64,000 bases of DNA from Octopus bimaculoides (taxonomy: Eukaryota). Shown piece after piece: positions 26,600 to 38,064 of the stretch. Below the pieces are notes generated by a model that was not told the DNA's origin, made no database searches, and was given only the letters and a program-made list of their open reading frames with translations. Within the stretch, counting starts at the first letter, position 1. Each line of letters begins with the position of its first letter. The stretch covers positions 148,499,774 to 148,563,773 of the forward strand of contig NC_068982.1 of NCBI RefSeq assembly GCF_001194135.2, given 5' to 3'. Made by a program: the position numbers and the translations under genes.

Positions 26600-28480
26600 A
26601 AACATGAATGAAATCCTGAGAGCCAAAGAGATGGTTAAACAAAAAGTTCAGGTTAAGGCCTAATGTTTATGCAGGTATGAAAAGAGAAACAAATTTTATA
26701 GACAAAATAAGATATTTAAAACAGATGGTAAGAATTTCTACAGAGATTTGGAGAAAAATTCAATCAAAATAAAAGACCCACCTCATATGAAAGAAGTAGT
26801 AACATTTTGGGAAAGCATATGGAGTGATAAAAAGGAATTTAATGAGGAAGCTGAATAGGTAAGGAGAGAAGAAGAAAGAATAAATGAGATTGAAGAACAT
26901 GAACAAGAGGATATTACAATGCGGGAATTAACTCAGTCCCTATTTAAAGTGAAAGTCTTCTGGACATGACAAAATCTCAAACTTCTGGCTTAACAGCCTC
27001 TCATCATCACATTGCCAATTAATGGAATGTTTTTCTGACACCATCAGAAAACCCCCAAAACTTCAAACTGACTCATTTTAGGAATAACATACCTACTCCC
27101 TAAAATGAGTGACACAAAATACAAAAAAATTCTACAGGTTAATCACTTGTTTGACAACTATGTATTAAATACTTACATCCATACTCACTGAAAGGATGTA
27201 CCAATTTCTCGACCAAAACAACATTCTTCCTCTTGAACAAAAAGGGTGCAAAAGAAACTCATATGGTTGCCAGTACCAGTTATCTATAAACTGTATGATA
27301 CTTGAAAACTGCTCATCATAAAAAACAAAATATTGGCCCAGCATGGATTAGCTATGAGGTGGTATCAAAAGGTTCCCCGACTAGTTATGTTCAATATAAA
27401 ATAACTTATTTACCTAGGTTTTAACATCATCTCCTTCAAAATAGTCGCCATGCCCAGAAATAGTTACCTTGCACAATGTTCCTGCCACAATTGGTCTAAA
27501 CACCTACCTGAAAAACTCAGATGACTGGATGCTAAAACTTATCTTAAAGCATGAAAACAAGAAAACATCTTACTCAGTAACAAGACAGGCAAAGAAATAT
27601 CTAAGTGAATTTCAAATACTGCAAATCCCAGAATTAGTCATACTGCAAACAAGCAGAGAAAAAGCTAAGCATATGAAAACCCATGCTAAAACTGCTGCCT
27701 TAGATATTCTTACTGATAAATGGCAAGAAAAACCTCTCAATGACAAATACCCAAAGAGAGCTAATAATGCCAATGTTGACAAACCCATACCCATCAATGA
27801 TTAGTGTCTTCTTGCTTAAAGGTTTGTCATAGCAGCCCAAGATCAATCCCTACCTACAAGAAGCTACCAGGCCAACATTTTAAAGAATGGCAGTAGCCCA
27901 AAATGTTGTGTATGTCAACAACAAAATGAAACTATTGATCATGTTGTCTCCATGTGCAGTCTTCTTGCACCTACAGAGTATCTCAACAGGCATGATAGGG
28001 CAGCACAGTATATTCACTGGGTAATTTGCAAAGACTTGGACCTACCCCATGATAAAAACTGGTGGTAACACAAACCACTGCCAGTGCTTGTAAATGGCTA
28101 CATGTCACTTCTTTGGAACTTCACTGTTTAAACTGACAGAAAGAGAAATGCAAATAGACCTGACATTATACTGAAGGACTTCATACAAAAATCATGCCTC
28201 CTCGTCAATATGACTCTCCCGATCAACATAAATGTATCTGTCAAGACCTACCAAAAAACTGAGCAAGTATAAAGATCTTGAAATAGAAATTGGAAAAATG
28301 TGGAACCTCAAGACTAAAAGAATACCTATTGTCATAGATACCCTAGGAATGATAGCAAAAGGGACTGATTTCTATCTAGCTGAGATGCCACAAAATCCCA
28401 AAATGGAAGAAATTAAAAAAATAGTGCTCATGGGAACTGTCCATATCCTACGTAAAATATTGTTTATGTAATCTCAAAAA
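26600..28480 (+). mobile_element. Large R4/Dong-like (RLE-type) non-LTR retrotransposon fossil with internal RT deletion
   Basis: RT start (FWLNSL..., GITYLLPK, RLITCLTTMY.ILTSILTERMY, ILPLEQKGCKRNSYGCQYQL); AAQDQSLPTR; zinc knuckle CCVCQQQNETIDHVVSMC; RHD; RLE NRPDIILKD; KLSKYKDLEIEI..LMGTVHILRKIL*. Confidence 0.9.
27354..27460. mobile_element. Mariner/Tc1-like terminal fragment inserted at TA inside the RLE LINE
   Basis: ta|tgaggtggtatcaaaaggttcc resembles the mariner end at 57534 (gagggttggctgttaagttc); it interrupts RT just before the IDY.KAFD motif. Confidence 0.55.
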
Positions 28481-28699
28481 TATATTATACGTAAGCAGTG
28501 TCAAAATACTTTAAATGTACATAACAGCAAACACTTTTTACTGTCATCTTAACATCACACTATCATCTTATCAAATTACTTTCAAAACAAGCTTCTAATT
28601 TACTTTAGTTTTGACAGACATTCTCTAGAACAATACTCTGTACAAAACCAAATATATGGCACACTAGTCATTACATCAACTTGAACTTCTAACTTGTTT

Positions 28700-28860
28700 C
28701 TTGAGGTCTCTGTGTGGGATTTGAAGTCAACTTGTACGACAATGTGGCCAGATATGTCCACTGGCTGTTGTGTGGTAAAGCAAACCTTGAGAGAGCCAAA
28801 CAATGGTATGAACACAAGCTAGAAGAAGTAATGGAAAACGAACATTACAAACACAAAGAA
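28700..28860 (+). mobile_element. Second RLE-LINE fragment (post-zinc-knuckle region)
   Basis: YDNVARYVHWLLCGKANLERAKQWYEHKLEEVMENEHYK corresponds to RHD.VA..VHW.LC...WY.HKP. Confidence 0.75.
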
Positions 28861-28893
28861 AAAGTCAAATATATAATAATGATGATGATGATG

Positions 28894-28946
<53 letters not shown>

Positions 28947-28948
<2 letters not shown>

Positions 28949-29916
28949 CAAGAGCACTCAGAGAGTGCCAGAGCAACACCAACGTCTTCTCAACAATTAG
29001 CTGGAGATGATTTTTAAAATGAAATAAACTTGACTGCTCTCACAGACGAGAATACTAAGAATGAAGACAACTGCTCTCAAAAATTTAGTAAAGAAAACGG
29101 AAAAGTAATCCAGAATCCTTGTCCAGTACCTGATCGATCCCAATGGTAGTCATGGAATATGAAAGTGGGTGTGCGGGCCATGTTTGTAATGCTGTGCGTG
29201 TGTGTGTCATCTACAGTGGGAACAGGGACAGTTTTCTCTATGAAGGCCTTCTTTAGTCTATCCACTGATATAGTGTCTTTACAATCATTAAGGTCTATAG
29301 TGAAAATTTTATCCATGGGTGAAAGGAAACAGAAAGGACATGCACACAGTGCTGTTAATGGAGGTTTACCAACATTGTTGCAATTGTCAATTAGGTAAGA
29401 GGTTTTAAACAAGAGCGATATATTCAAAATAAGTAAAACTAAAAATTGCAGAGTATAAATTATATTTATTATTGTTACTGAATATTTTAGTGTTATTTAA
29501 TTTCTGAACGGTTTTGCTGCCATTTGTTTATGTAGTTTGATCTCTTTATCCAGCAGTTTCTACGAAGATAGAGACACGAGTAAAATTAATAATGGAGAAA
29601 TGAAAATAAAATTTTGGAAACAGCAATGCTGCCACAACATACATGGAAACCATGAGCGTGCTTTCAAGGGAGATAATCAGAGAAAGACTTGAAAGTAAGC
29701 ATAAGATTGTAAAGTAAAGTAAAATAACAAATAATCCAGAATCCTTGTCCGGTACCAGATCGATCTCCAAATTTAATCGGTTTGTGCCAGTTATGAGGCC
29801 AAACATCCCTGAAAGTTTCATCCAAATCCATCCAGTGGTTCTTGAGATATCTTGTCCATGGACAAACAAACAAGCACAACTGAAAACAATACCTCCTCCT
29901 TCACTAAGGCAGAGGT

Positions 29917-29918
<2 letters not shown>
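28947..29918 (+). mobile_element. Helentron-associated (HINE/DINE-1-like) non-autonomous element, composite
   Basis: Starts aacaagagcactcagagag; contains aaagtttcatccaaatcc...gagatatcttg...acaaacaaacaa; ends gaaaacaatacctcc...ggcagaggtaa; sits in (AAT/AAC)n. Classification is from recalled family structure. Confidence 0.5.
29144..29390 (-). mobile_element. Ty3/Gypsy integrase C-terminal (GPF/Y) fragment
   Basis: KPPLTALCACPFCFLSPMDKIFTIDLNDCKDTISVDRLKKAFIE corresponds to KPPL.P.Y.GPF.VL....K.F.ID.NG..DTVS.DRLKPAF. Confidence 0.7.
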
Positions 29919-29949
<31 letters not shown>

Positions 29950-29959
29950 AATAATAATG

Positions 29960-29999
<40 letters not shown>

Positions 30000-30002
<3 letters not shown>

Positions 30003-30335
30003 CAGCGAAACAGGCTGATTACTACCTAGCTCAGATACCAGGAAACCCCAAAATGGCTGAAGTTCAAAAGATAGTGCTCATGGGAACTGCACATATCCTA
30101 CGTAAAATACTGTCTGTGTGATCTCAAATTTTAAAACAAACACATCATTTTCTTATGGTTTCTTAAACATTCTCTAGAACAACACTATGTACAAATCGAA
30201 ATATATGGTACCCTAGGCATAACACCCACATGAACTTCTAACTTGTTGTCTCTTGAGGTCTCTGGGTGAGACTTGGATCCAACTTGTACAAATGCAAAGC
30301 AAAAGTCAAACATAAAATAATAATAATAATAATAA
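30000..30335 (+). mobile_element. R4/Dong-like LINE extreme 3' end (ORF end + 3' UTR + (TAA)n tail)
   Basis: ADYYLAQIPGNPKMAEVQKIVLMGTAHILRKILSV* is nearly identical to the end at 28360-28471; its UTR matches 28600-28700. Confidence 0.85.
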
Positions 30336-30337
30336 AT

Positions 30338-30878
30338 ACCCTAATGCAGTACCACACACTGGCTCTCATGGCTTCTGATCTTAACTGATTGGAAGTATTT
30401 TCATGTACATTGTTTTGTCTTAGTATAAACGATGAGCCACACCATATATTCTGCTCAGTACCACAGATTTGCTTGTCAGTTGTTTGACCTTAACCAGTTG
30501 AGCCTGTCCCTTAGTGGCTGACAATATGTGCATCTCTGATCACAAGCAGAAGTAGTGGGAGAGTATCCCTGAGAGGAATTATTAGGGGTTTGAATAATTC
30601 ATCTCTGGAAACATGGGTGTTTCATCCAACATCCTTAAACAAACTTTATTCAGGGCCCTTTTCAGTGGGATGAGCTACTTGACCTGAAGATAATTCTAAC
30701 TGAGTGCCACCTGTTAGGTCATGCGCTGTTTATCTTGATATAAGATCACCATGTCGTGCACATGTGGTTGTGATGCATGTGCCTGGTGTACCCTTATCAG
30801 ATGGGTAGTCATGATGGGTATATTGGGCTTTGTATATTTTACCCCAGTGTCACTTTGATGGCATGCATTGCTCTTTCA
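30338..30878. repeat. ~540-bp interspersed repeat family F (copy 1)
   Basis: Aligns end to end, in reverse complement, with 48079-48582. Confidence 0.8.
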
Positions 30879-31084
30879 ATAATAATAATAATGATAATGA
30901 TAATAATTTGAGATTGGTCCTTGGGTATTAAGTATCTTCCTCAATACTTAACATCTAAGCACCAAGTCTTATAATCTGTGAAAAGAGACCCTGAGAGGCC
31001 CTGTAAGACCTTTGACAACAGGTTACTGTCTGTTCACACAGAATTAAACAGAGCAAGTAAGATCAAGAGCTCTGAGAAATAATA

Positions 31085-31148
31085 TTTAATGATAATATAA
31101 TAAAATGATGATAATGATAATGATGATAATGATAATGATGATGATGAC

Positions 31149-31179
<31 letters not shown>

Positions 31180-31322
31180 GTGGTGGTACTGTTGCTGGTG
31201 TTTATGATGATGATGATGGTGGTGGTGGTACTGGTGCTGGTGTTTATGATGATAATGAGCAAATAAGGAATAAAGAGTCATCATCATCATCATCATCATC
31301 ATCATCTTCATCATCATCATCA
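31085..31322. repeat. (GAT)n/(GGT)n tract followed by an opposite-sense (CAT)n tract
   Basis: Directly visible. Confidence 0.9.
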
Positions 31323-31490
31323 TTTAACATCTGTCTTCCATGCTGGCATGGGTGTGACGGTACCACAAGAGCCTGCAACAAACTTCTGTGACTATTTTGG
31401 CAGGATTTTTACAGCTGGATGCCCTTCCTAACACCAACCACTAAGCAGAGTGGACTTTGTGCTTTTTACGTGGCACAAACACAGGTGAGT
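31280..31490 (-). mobile_element. RTE family A 3' end
   Basis: catcatttaacatctgtcttccatgctggcatggg...ttttacagctggatgcccttcctaacaccaacc. Confidence 0.75.
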
Positions 31491-32269
31491 CCAGTAATAG
31501 TAACATGAGTAACAAGAAAAGAAAAATACAATAGCAACAGCAGCAGCAGCAACAGCAGCAGTAATAGCAGCAGTAGCAGTAATCACAGCAGCAACAGCAG
31601 CAGCAACAGCAACAGTAACAGCAGCAGCAGCAACAGCAGCTAGACTTGCAAATATCTACAAGTTGCAACAAATTCCACAATGAATAAATAGAATGGAAAT
31701 TAGAGAACCTCTGTATGACTGCTCAGTTTGCTAGAAATAAAACCCAAGTCCCTTTCAAATCATACTTTACTATCTAAGAAAAGGTAAAACACATTGGGTA
31801 ATGTAGTCCTAGATCCGCATAAAAGAGCAGAAAACGTCATGGTTCAATGCCTTTGGTTATAATCATTGGTTAGATTGGTCAGGTCTGACTTGGTGGCTTA
31901 AATAATAGCGACAACAGAATGGAAAAAGAGAAAAGATGGAAAAAAAAACAAGCAAAAAATCACCAATATCAACAACAAAAGCAACAACAACAAAACTAAC
32001 TGGAGCAGTGATATAATAAAAATGTGGAATAGAAATAACTACCTCCTGCACAATCACAACAAGAGGAATAATAGGAACAACAACATTACAGGGAGAAAGC
32101 ATTGATTGTAGAAAACCAATTTAAAATTCTTGTAATACGAAAACAAAATTATTTTATATAAAATCCACTATCGCCATCACAATCACAATCATCAGTTACA
32201 TCTGCTTACAACCTTTATTTTCATCATCATCATCATCATCATCATCACCATCATCATCATCACCACCAC

Positions 32270-32319
<50 letters not shown>

Positions 32320-33066
32320 CCACTATCTCTCCCACTGTCACCATCTCCAACACCACTACCATGTCACTGTCATTAGTACTTACTCTACAGTTATCACTAC
32401 CATAGCCACCACTACCACTTGCACTGATACTATCATCACAGCCATAACCATGATTAGCAGCGCCACTACCATCACCATCACCATTGCCGCTGTCATCCTT
32501 ACTACCACCAATTCCGTCACATCACCACCACCACCACCACCACCACAATATAACCACATCACCACGACACAACCATCCTCACCACCATCATCACCATCTC
32601 AACCATTACCATCGCCTATTTCATCACCACTGTAATCACCCCCACCACAAGAACTTCATTGACTTTATCGTTATCGTTGTCGTTGTTGCCATCATCATCA
32701 TCATTTGACATCTGCTTTCAATACTGGCATGAACAGGATGGTTTGATTGGGAACCAGTGAGCCATAGGGCTGCAATGAGCTCCATTTTCCTCCTTGACAT
32801 GGTTTCTGTGTCTTGATGGCCGTCCTAGAGCAACCCACTCTAAGACCCTTTCTAAAGCCAATTACTTTAAAAACAGCAATAACAGCAACAATAACCATTA
32901 ATTGTATCACCTCAACCACTGTTAATCATAATAATGGAAAAACCTTTTTGCAATCGTTGAATCAAATCCTTTTCAACCCACATCCTACAGTTCTTTTAAA
33001 AGAATACATTGGATGATACACCCTAGAGCTGGAATACCTTTGTAAGTCAGCTTCATCAGGGCTGAT

Positions 33067-33671
33067 CTAGGGCTAAGCAGTAATACATAACTATGACTCA
33101 ACTGAGGAGCTTCTACTTGGTCATACTACTGGCTAGAAATAGCAGCCAAATCTCTCTCAAATTCTACCCCACTATCTTAAGTAAAAGGAAAAATTGACTA
33201 ATGCAATGATATGACAGGTCATGGGTGAGTGCCTTTGATCATTCAAATGATTTTCAAGAAGTTTATTCTTCTGTAATCATTTAAGGCAAGTTTCTCATTT
33301 GAAGATAACTTCCTTGCTTTTTTCCGTTCTGCCAAAATTATTGGAGATCCCAAGGAAAATCATAGGCACTGCCCCTTCTTCCTCTTCTGACTAAATCATA
33401 TAGTACAAGGAAAAAAGAAAACACTTCTCTATCAGGTAATGTTTCTGCATGCAAGTGATGCCAGTGGAGAAGAATTTATCTACTGCAAATGGAATTTCTA
33501 CAAGAAGAAGGCAAAGTTTAAAAATAAGGATTTTGGATTGCAACTTATAACCATAAATTAACATATACTTAACTCTTTCATGACATATTTGGCTGCTATT
33601 TCTAACCAGTAGTATGACCAAGTAGAAGCTCCTCAGTTGAGTCTTAGTTATGTATTACTGCTTAGCCCTAG
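33067..33671. repeat. 85-bp near-perfect inverted repeat pair flanking a 435-bp spacer
   Basis: 33067-33151 versus reverse complement of 33587-33671: 83/85 identical. Confidence 0.9.
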
Positions 33672-33744
33672 TGAAGCCCTAACGAGTTGACACTGTCTAT
33701 ATGTTTCAACTAATTTTAAATGTAATTAAGATTTGGAAGGCATT

Positions 33745-34177
33745 CAGCACTGTCTGAGTGTGTTCATTGCCAGAGCAGCCGTCTGGCTTCCATCCTAGTG
33801 GCTCGTAAATAGCACTATTTGAGCATAATCGTTACCAGTGTCGCCTTCTAGCACTTATGCTGGTGGCACTTTAGAAAATCATTCGAGCGAGGTCGTTGCC
33901 AGTGCCGCTGGACTGGCCCCCATGAAGGTGGCACATAAAAAACACCTTTTTGAGCATGGCCGTTGCCAGTACCGTGTGACTGGCCCTTGTGCCGGTGGCA
34001 CGTAAAAGCACCCACTACACTCTCAGAGTGGTTGGCGTTAGGAAGAGCATCCAGCTGTAGAAACTCTGCCAGATCAGATTGGAGCCTGGTGCAGCCTTCT
34101 GGCTTGCCAGTCCTCAAGTCAAATCGTCCAACCCATGCTAGCATGGAAAGCGGACGTTAAATGACGATGATGATGAT
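33745..34177 (+). mobile_element. RTE family A 3' end with about four internal units
   Basis: cgtt(a/g)ccagt unit starts at 33830, 33894 and 33961 (period 64-67); (gat)n tail. Confidence 0.85.
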
Positions 34178-34373
34178 ATAACCCTTGCTGTAATTTTTCT
34201 AGTTGCTATTTAACCCTAGGTTTGCTCTTTGCAAATGGACCTATGATCAAAGATATTTCAACTTTGAACATCTCAGTTTCAATTCCAGACTATTTTATTC
34301 AATGCATTCAACTTAGAGAATATTTCAGCATGTTATATGAAGGACATTGGCAAACAGGTAAAATAACCTTGTA

Positions 34374-34593
34374 GATCGATGTTCCTCAACTGGGGTCCAT
34401 ATGACCCTTAAGGGTTCACATAAGATTTTGTTGTCAAAATATATAAGCAATAAATTGCTTATACTTCTACAATACACAAAATATTCTAAATGTTTTATAA
34501 AATTCCTAATAGTATTTAATTAAACAGGATTAATTAAACAGGATTTTTTAATATACATTGAATATACATTGAATGGCATTGGAGGTCAATCAA

Positions 34594-34625
<32 letters not shown>

Positions 34626-34785
34626 ACAACAATAACATTTAACGTCTGTTTTTCATGCTGACATGGGTTGGATGGTTTGACAGAAACTGGCAAGTGGAAG
34701 AGCTACATCAGGTTCCATAGTCTCCCCAGTAGAGTAAAATAAGAGTCAAAGGGATCCAAAGGCAAAAAATGGTTGAGAACCACTG
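34374..34785. mobile_element. hAT-type MITE with nested RTE family A fragment (34592-34722)
   Basis: Right end ggttgagaaccactg (reverse complement cagtggttctcaacc); degenerate left end gatgttcctcaactggggtcc. Confidence 0.6.
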
Positions 34786-35562
34786 TTGTAAATAATGTAA
34801 TCATTGGTATACAATACTTAAGACACTGCTGACATTGCTGTCACTGGTGCCACTACTCATACCACTACTCATACCACCACTGACAACAGTGGTGGTGGTG
34901 GTGGTAGTGGTGGTGGTGGTGGTGGTGGTNNNNNNNNNNNNNNNNNNNNNNNNNNNNNNNNNNNNNNNNNNNNNNNNNNNNNNNNNNNNNNNNNNNNNNN
35001 NNNNNNNNNNNNNNNNNNNNNNNNNNNNNNNNNNNNNNNNNNNNNNNNNNNNNNNNNNNNNNNNNNNNNNNNNNNNNNNNNNNNNNNNNNNNNNNNNNNN
35101 NNNNNNNNNNNNNNNNNNNNNNNNNNNNNNNNNNNNNNNNNNNNNNNNNNNNNNNNNNNNNNNNNNNNNNNNNNNNNNNNNNNNNNNNNNNNNNNNNNNN
35201 NNNNNNNNNNNNNNNNNNNNNNNNNNNNNNNNNNNNNNNNNNNNNNNNNNNNNNNNNNNNNNNNNNNNNNNNNNNNNNNNNNNNNNNNNNNNNNNNNNNN
35301 NNNNNNNNNNNNNNNNNNNNNNNNNNNNNNNNNNNNNNNNNNNNNNNNNNNNNNNNNNNNNNNNNNNNNNNNNNNNNNNNNNNNNNNNNNNNNNNNNNNN
35401 NNNNNNNNNNNNNNNNNNNNNNNNNNNNNNNNNNNNNNNNNNNNNNNNNNNNNNNNNNNNNNNNNNNNNNNNNNNNNNNNNNNNNNNNNNNNNNNNNNNN
35501 NNNNNNNNNNNNNNNNNNNNNNNNNNNNNNNNNNNNNNNNNNNNNNNNNNNNNNNNNNNNNN

Positions 35563-35610
35563 TGTTCTTCTTCTTCTTCTTCTTCTTCTTCTTCTTCTTC
35601 TTCTTCTTCC

Positions 35611-35641
<31 letters not shown>

Positions 35642-35714
35642 CTTCTTCTTCTTCTTCTTCTTCTCCTCCTCCTCCTCCTCCTCCCCCTTCTTCTTCTTCT
35701 TCTTCTTCTTCTTC

Positions 35715-35746
<32 letters not shown>

Positions 35747-35758
35747 CTTCTTCTTCTT
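35563..35758. repeat. (CTT)n/(CCT)n triplet tract next to a gap
   Basis: Directly visible. Confidence 0.95.
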
Positions 35759-36674
35759 TGTTCAGTGTTCTAACTGAAACAAATGTGTTAAAAATCCTTT
35801 TGCATAAAACGTTTCTCTAACACTCTCCCCTGGTTTAGCATAACATATGTATATTGACAATGCAATATATTTAATGACTGTCTTCCAACTGAATGCCAAC
35901 CGTAAGAAAATCTCCGATTTATTTTCTCCGAGATTGCTGCTTTGTATAATTTTTAGATTGGACTTTTCTTCCATTCTTTCAAAGTTTATCATTTATTCTT
36001 TTTAGCTTTATTTATTTATTTTTCCCCTCATATTCATTCCCTTTTCCCATTTCATACTATAAAGGACACCCTGTATTCAAAAATCTCTGCTCCATTTTTA
36101 TGCACACTCATACATACATACACATGCCACATAGTATACATACATATGTACATATATATGTATACTGTGTAGTGTGTGTGTGTATATGTAGGAGAGTGCA
36201 TAAATATGGACCAGAGATTTCTTGAAGCTAGCCAAGAATCATGAAGTAGCACATAACGTTGATTCTTGGATTGTTTTTTAAGATGTTTAATTCGTGTATA
36301 TTCACCTGGAGAAAACAGTTTTTCTTACATAATGTAATAACTCTATTAATCAATATAAAAAAACACGTTTGAAACAGCTGTAAGGAATGAACCAATTTTC
36401 ATCTGGTGCTATTTATTTATCATTCACCTTACTCGGAACCTGTAATAAGTGTGAATCTGAAGTCTAGGAAACACAATACAACTGATGCAGATTGTGTTCC
36501 TCGGTACAGCCTTGAGACTTGTGGTATATTCAATCAGGCGCTTGTGATTATATATGCAACTGGAATATTAATCTGCCTGTACTTTGGTATGTACATATAA
36601 GTTCCTCTAGTTTTGTTTTGTATATGATTGCTATTTCTTCGACCCAAATTTGGTGCTTTACTATTTAGGTACTT

Positions 36675-36935
36675 GATTCATATGGCATGTAAAAACACCA
36701 TTTGAGCGTGGCCGTTGCCAGTACCACCAGATTGGTCCTCGTGCCGGTAGCACGTAAAAGCACCCACTTCACTCTCGGAGTGGTTAGTGTTAGGAAAGGC
36801 ATCCAGCTGTAGAAACTCTGCCAAATCAGATTGGAGCCTGGTGTAGCCATCTGGTTCACCAGTCCTCAGTCAAATCGTCCAACCCATGCTAGCATGGAAA
36901 GCGGACGTTAAACGATGATGATGATGATGATGATA
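36675..36935 (+). mobile_element. RTE family A 3' end (young)
   Basis: Close match to 1-209, including the (gat)n tail. Confidence 0.88.
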
Positions 36936-36944
36936 TATATATAT

Positions 36945-37392
36945 ATTCTATATTCTTTTATTCTTTTACTTGTTCCAGTCATTTGACTGCGGCTATGCTG
37001 GCGCATCACATTTTAGTCGAACAAATCAACCCCAGGACTTATTCCTTGTAAACCTAGTACTTATTCTATCAATCTCTTTTGCCAAACTGCTAATTTACAG
37101 GGATGTAAACACACCAACATCGGTCATCAAGTGATGGTGGGGGTACAAACACAGACACACAAACACACACAAATATACACTCACACAAACATGTATATAT
37201 ATATTTATAGATATATATATATATATACGAGAGGCAACTTTCAGTTTCTGTCTACCAAATCCACTCACAATGCTTTGGTCAGCCCAAGACTATAGTAGAA
37301 GACACTTGTCCAAGGTGCTACACAGTGGGCCTGAACCCAGAACCACACGGCTGGTAAGTAAGCTACATACCACACAGCTACACCTGCGCCTA
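36945..37392 (-). mobile_element. Near full-length SINE family C
   Basis: Collinear with 21091-21490. Confidence 0.85.
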
Positions 37393-37841
37393 TATAATAT
37401 AGAACAGAAATCATCAGTGGGAGGCATCCAGTCACCACTTGCCAGTCAAATGTCACTACCAGGATATATAGAATATCAGAATCTTTTCAGACACTGCTGT
37501 AGCAAATAACCAGCAGGCTTATTAAAAATTAATGATGATTTCCCATGACAGATGATACTTGTCTGCTACAATCTCTGTGTGTGCTTTTATGAATGAAGCA
37601 TTTATATGAGAGGATGTCTCCAGACTAATAACATAGTATTCAGTGTTATAACAAGAGACATCTACATTAAGCTGGATATAAAGATTACTTTTGCTGTTGA
37701 TACTGCTTCCACTGCTAAATAATTAACATATATATATATATATATTGATAGAAAGGACAACAAAAGAAAGAAAGAGACCTTGATATTATGTAAATAGAGG
37801 AATTTATCTGTAAAAATATGTGACACTTATTCGGTAACCAT

Positions 37842-37902
37842 GATAAAACTCTGAGTTTCAGATGCCGGGGTGGGAACCCACGCCAACATCTCTTCAGCTA
37901 TC
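37842..37902 (-). ncRNA. Type-I hammerhead-like motif (mirror copy in left arm)
   Basis: GATAG-CTGAAGA-GATGTTGG..CCGGCATC-T-GAAA-CTCAGAG-TT-TTATC. Confidence 0.55.
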
Positions 37903-37945
37903 CGGCCATTGAAAATTCCTGTGAAAAATGAATTTTCAATGGCCG

Positions 37946-38006
37946 GATAACTGAAGAGATGTTGGTGTGGGTTCCCACCCCAGCATCCGAAACTTGGAGT
38001 TTTATC
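37946..38006 (+). ncRNA. Type-I hammerhead ribozyme-like motif
   Basis: GATAA-CTGAAGA-GATGTTGG..CCAGCATC-C-GAAA-CTTGGAG-TT-TTATC gives helix I of 5 bp, helix II of 8 bp, and helix III ACT/AGT. There is one extra C before GAAA. Confidence 0.6.
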
Positions 38007-38064
38007 ATGGCTACCGAATAAGTGTCACATATTTTTACAGATACATACATACATATATATATAT

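Larger units (their letters stand above)
37735..38045. mobile_element. Palindromic non-autonomous element (114-bp inverted arms) in (TA)n
   Basis: Arms 37805-37918 and 37930-38043 have 7 mismatches and an 11-nt spacer; (TA)n lies on both flanks. Confidence 0.85.

Noticed and set aside
33260-33580. Coding capacity inside the 85-bp inverted repeat
   Set aside because: Several 30-75 aa open stretches occur on both strands, with none recognisable as a transposase or other protein.
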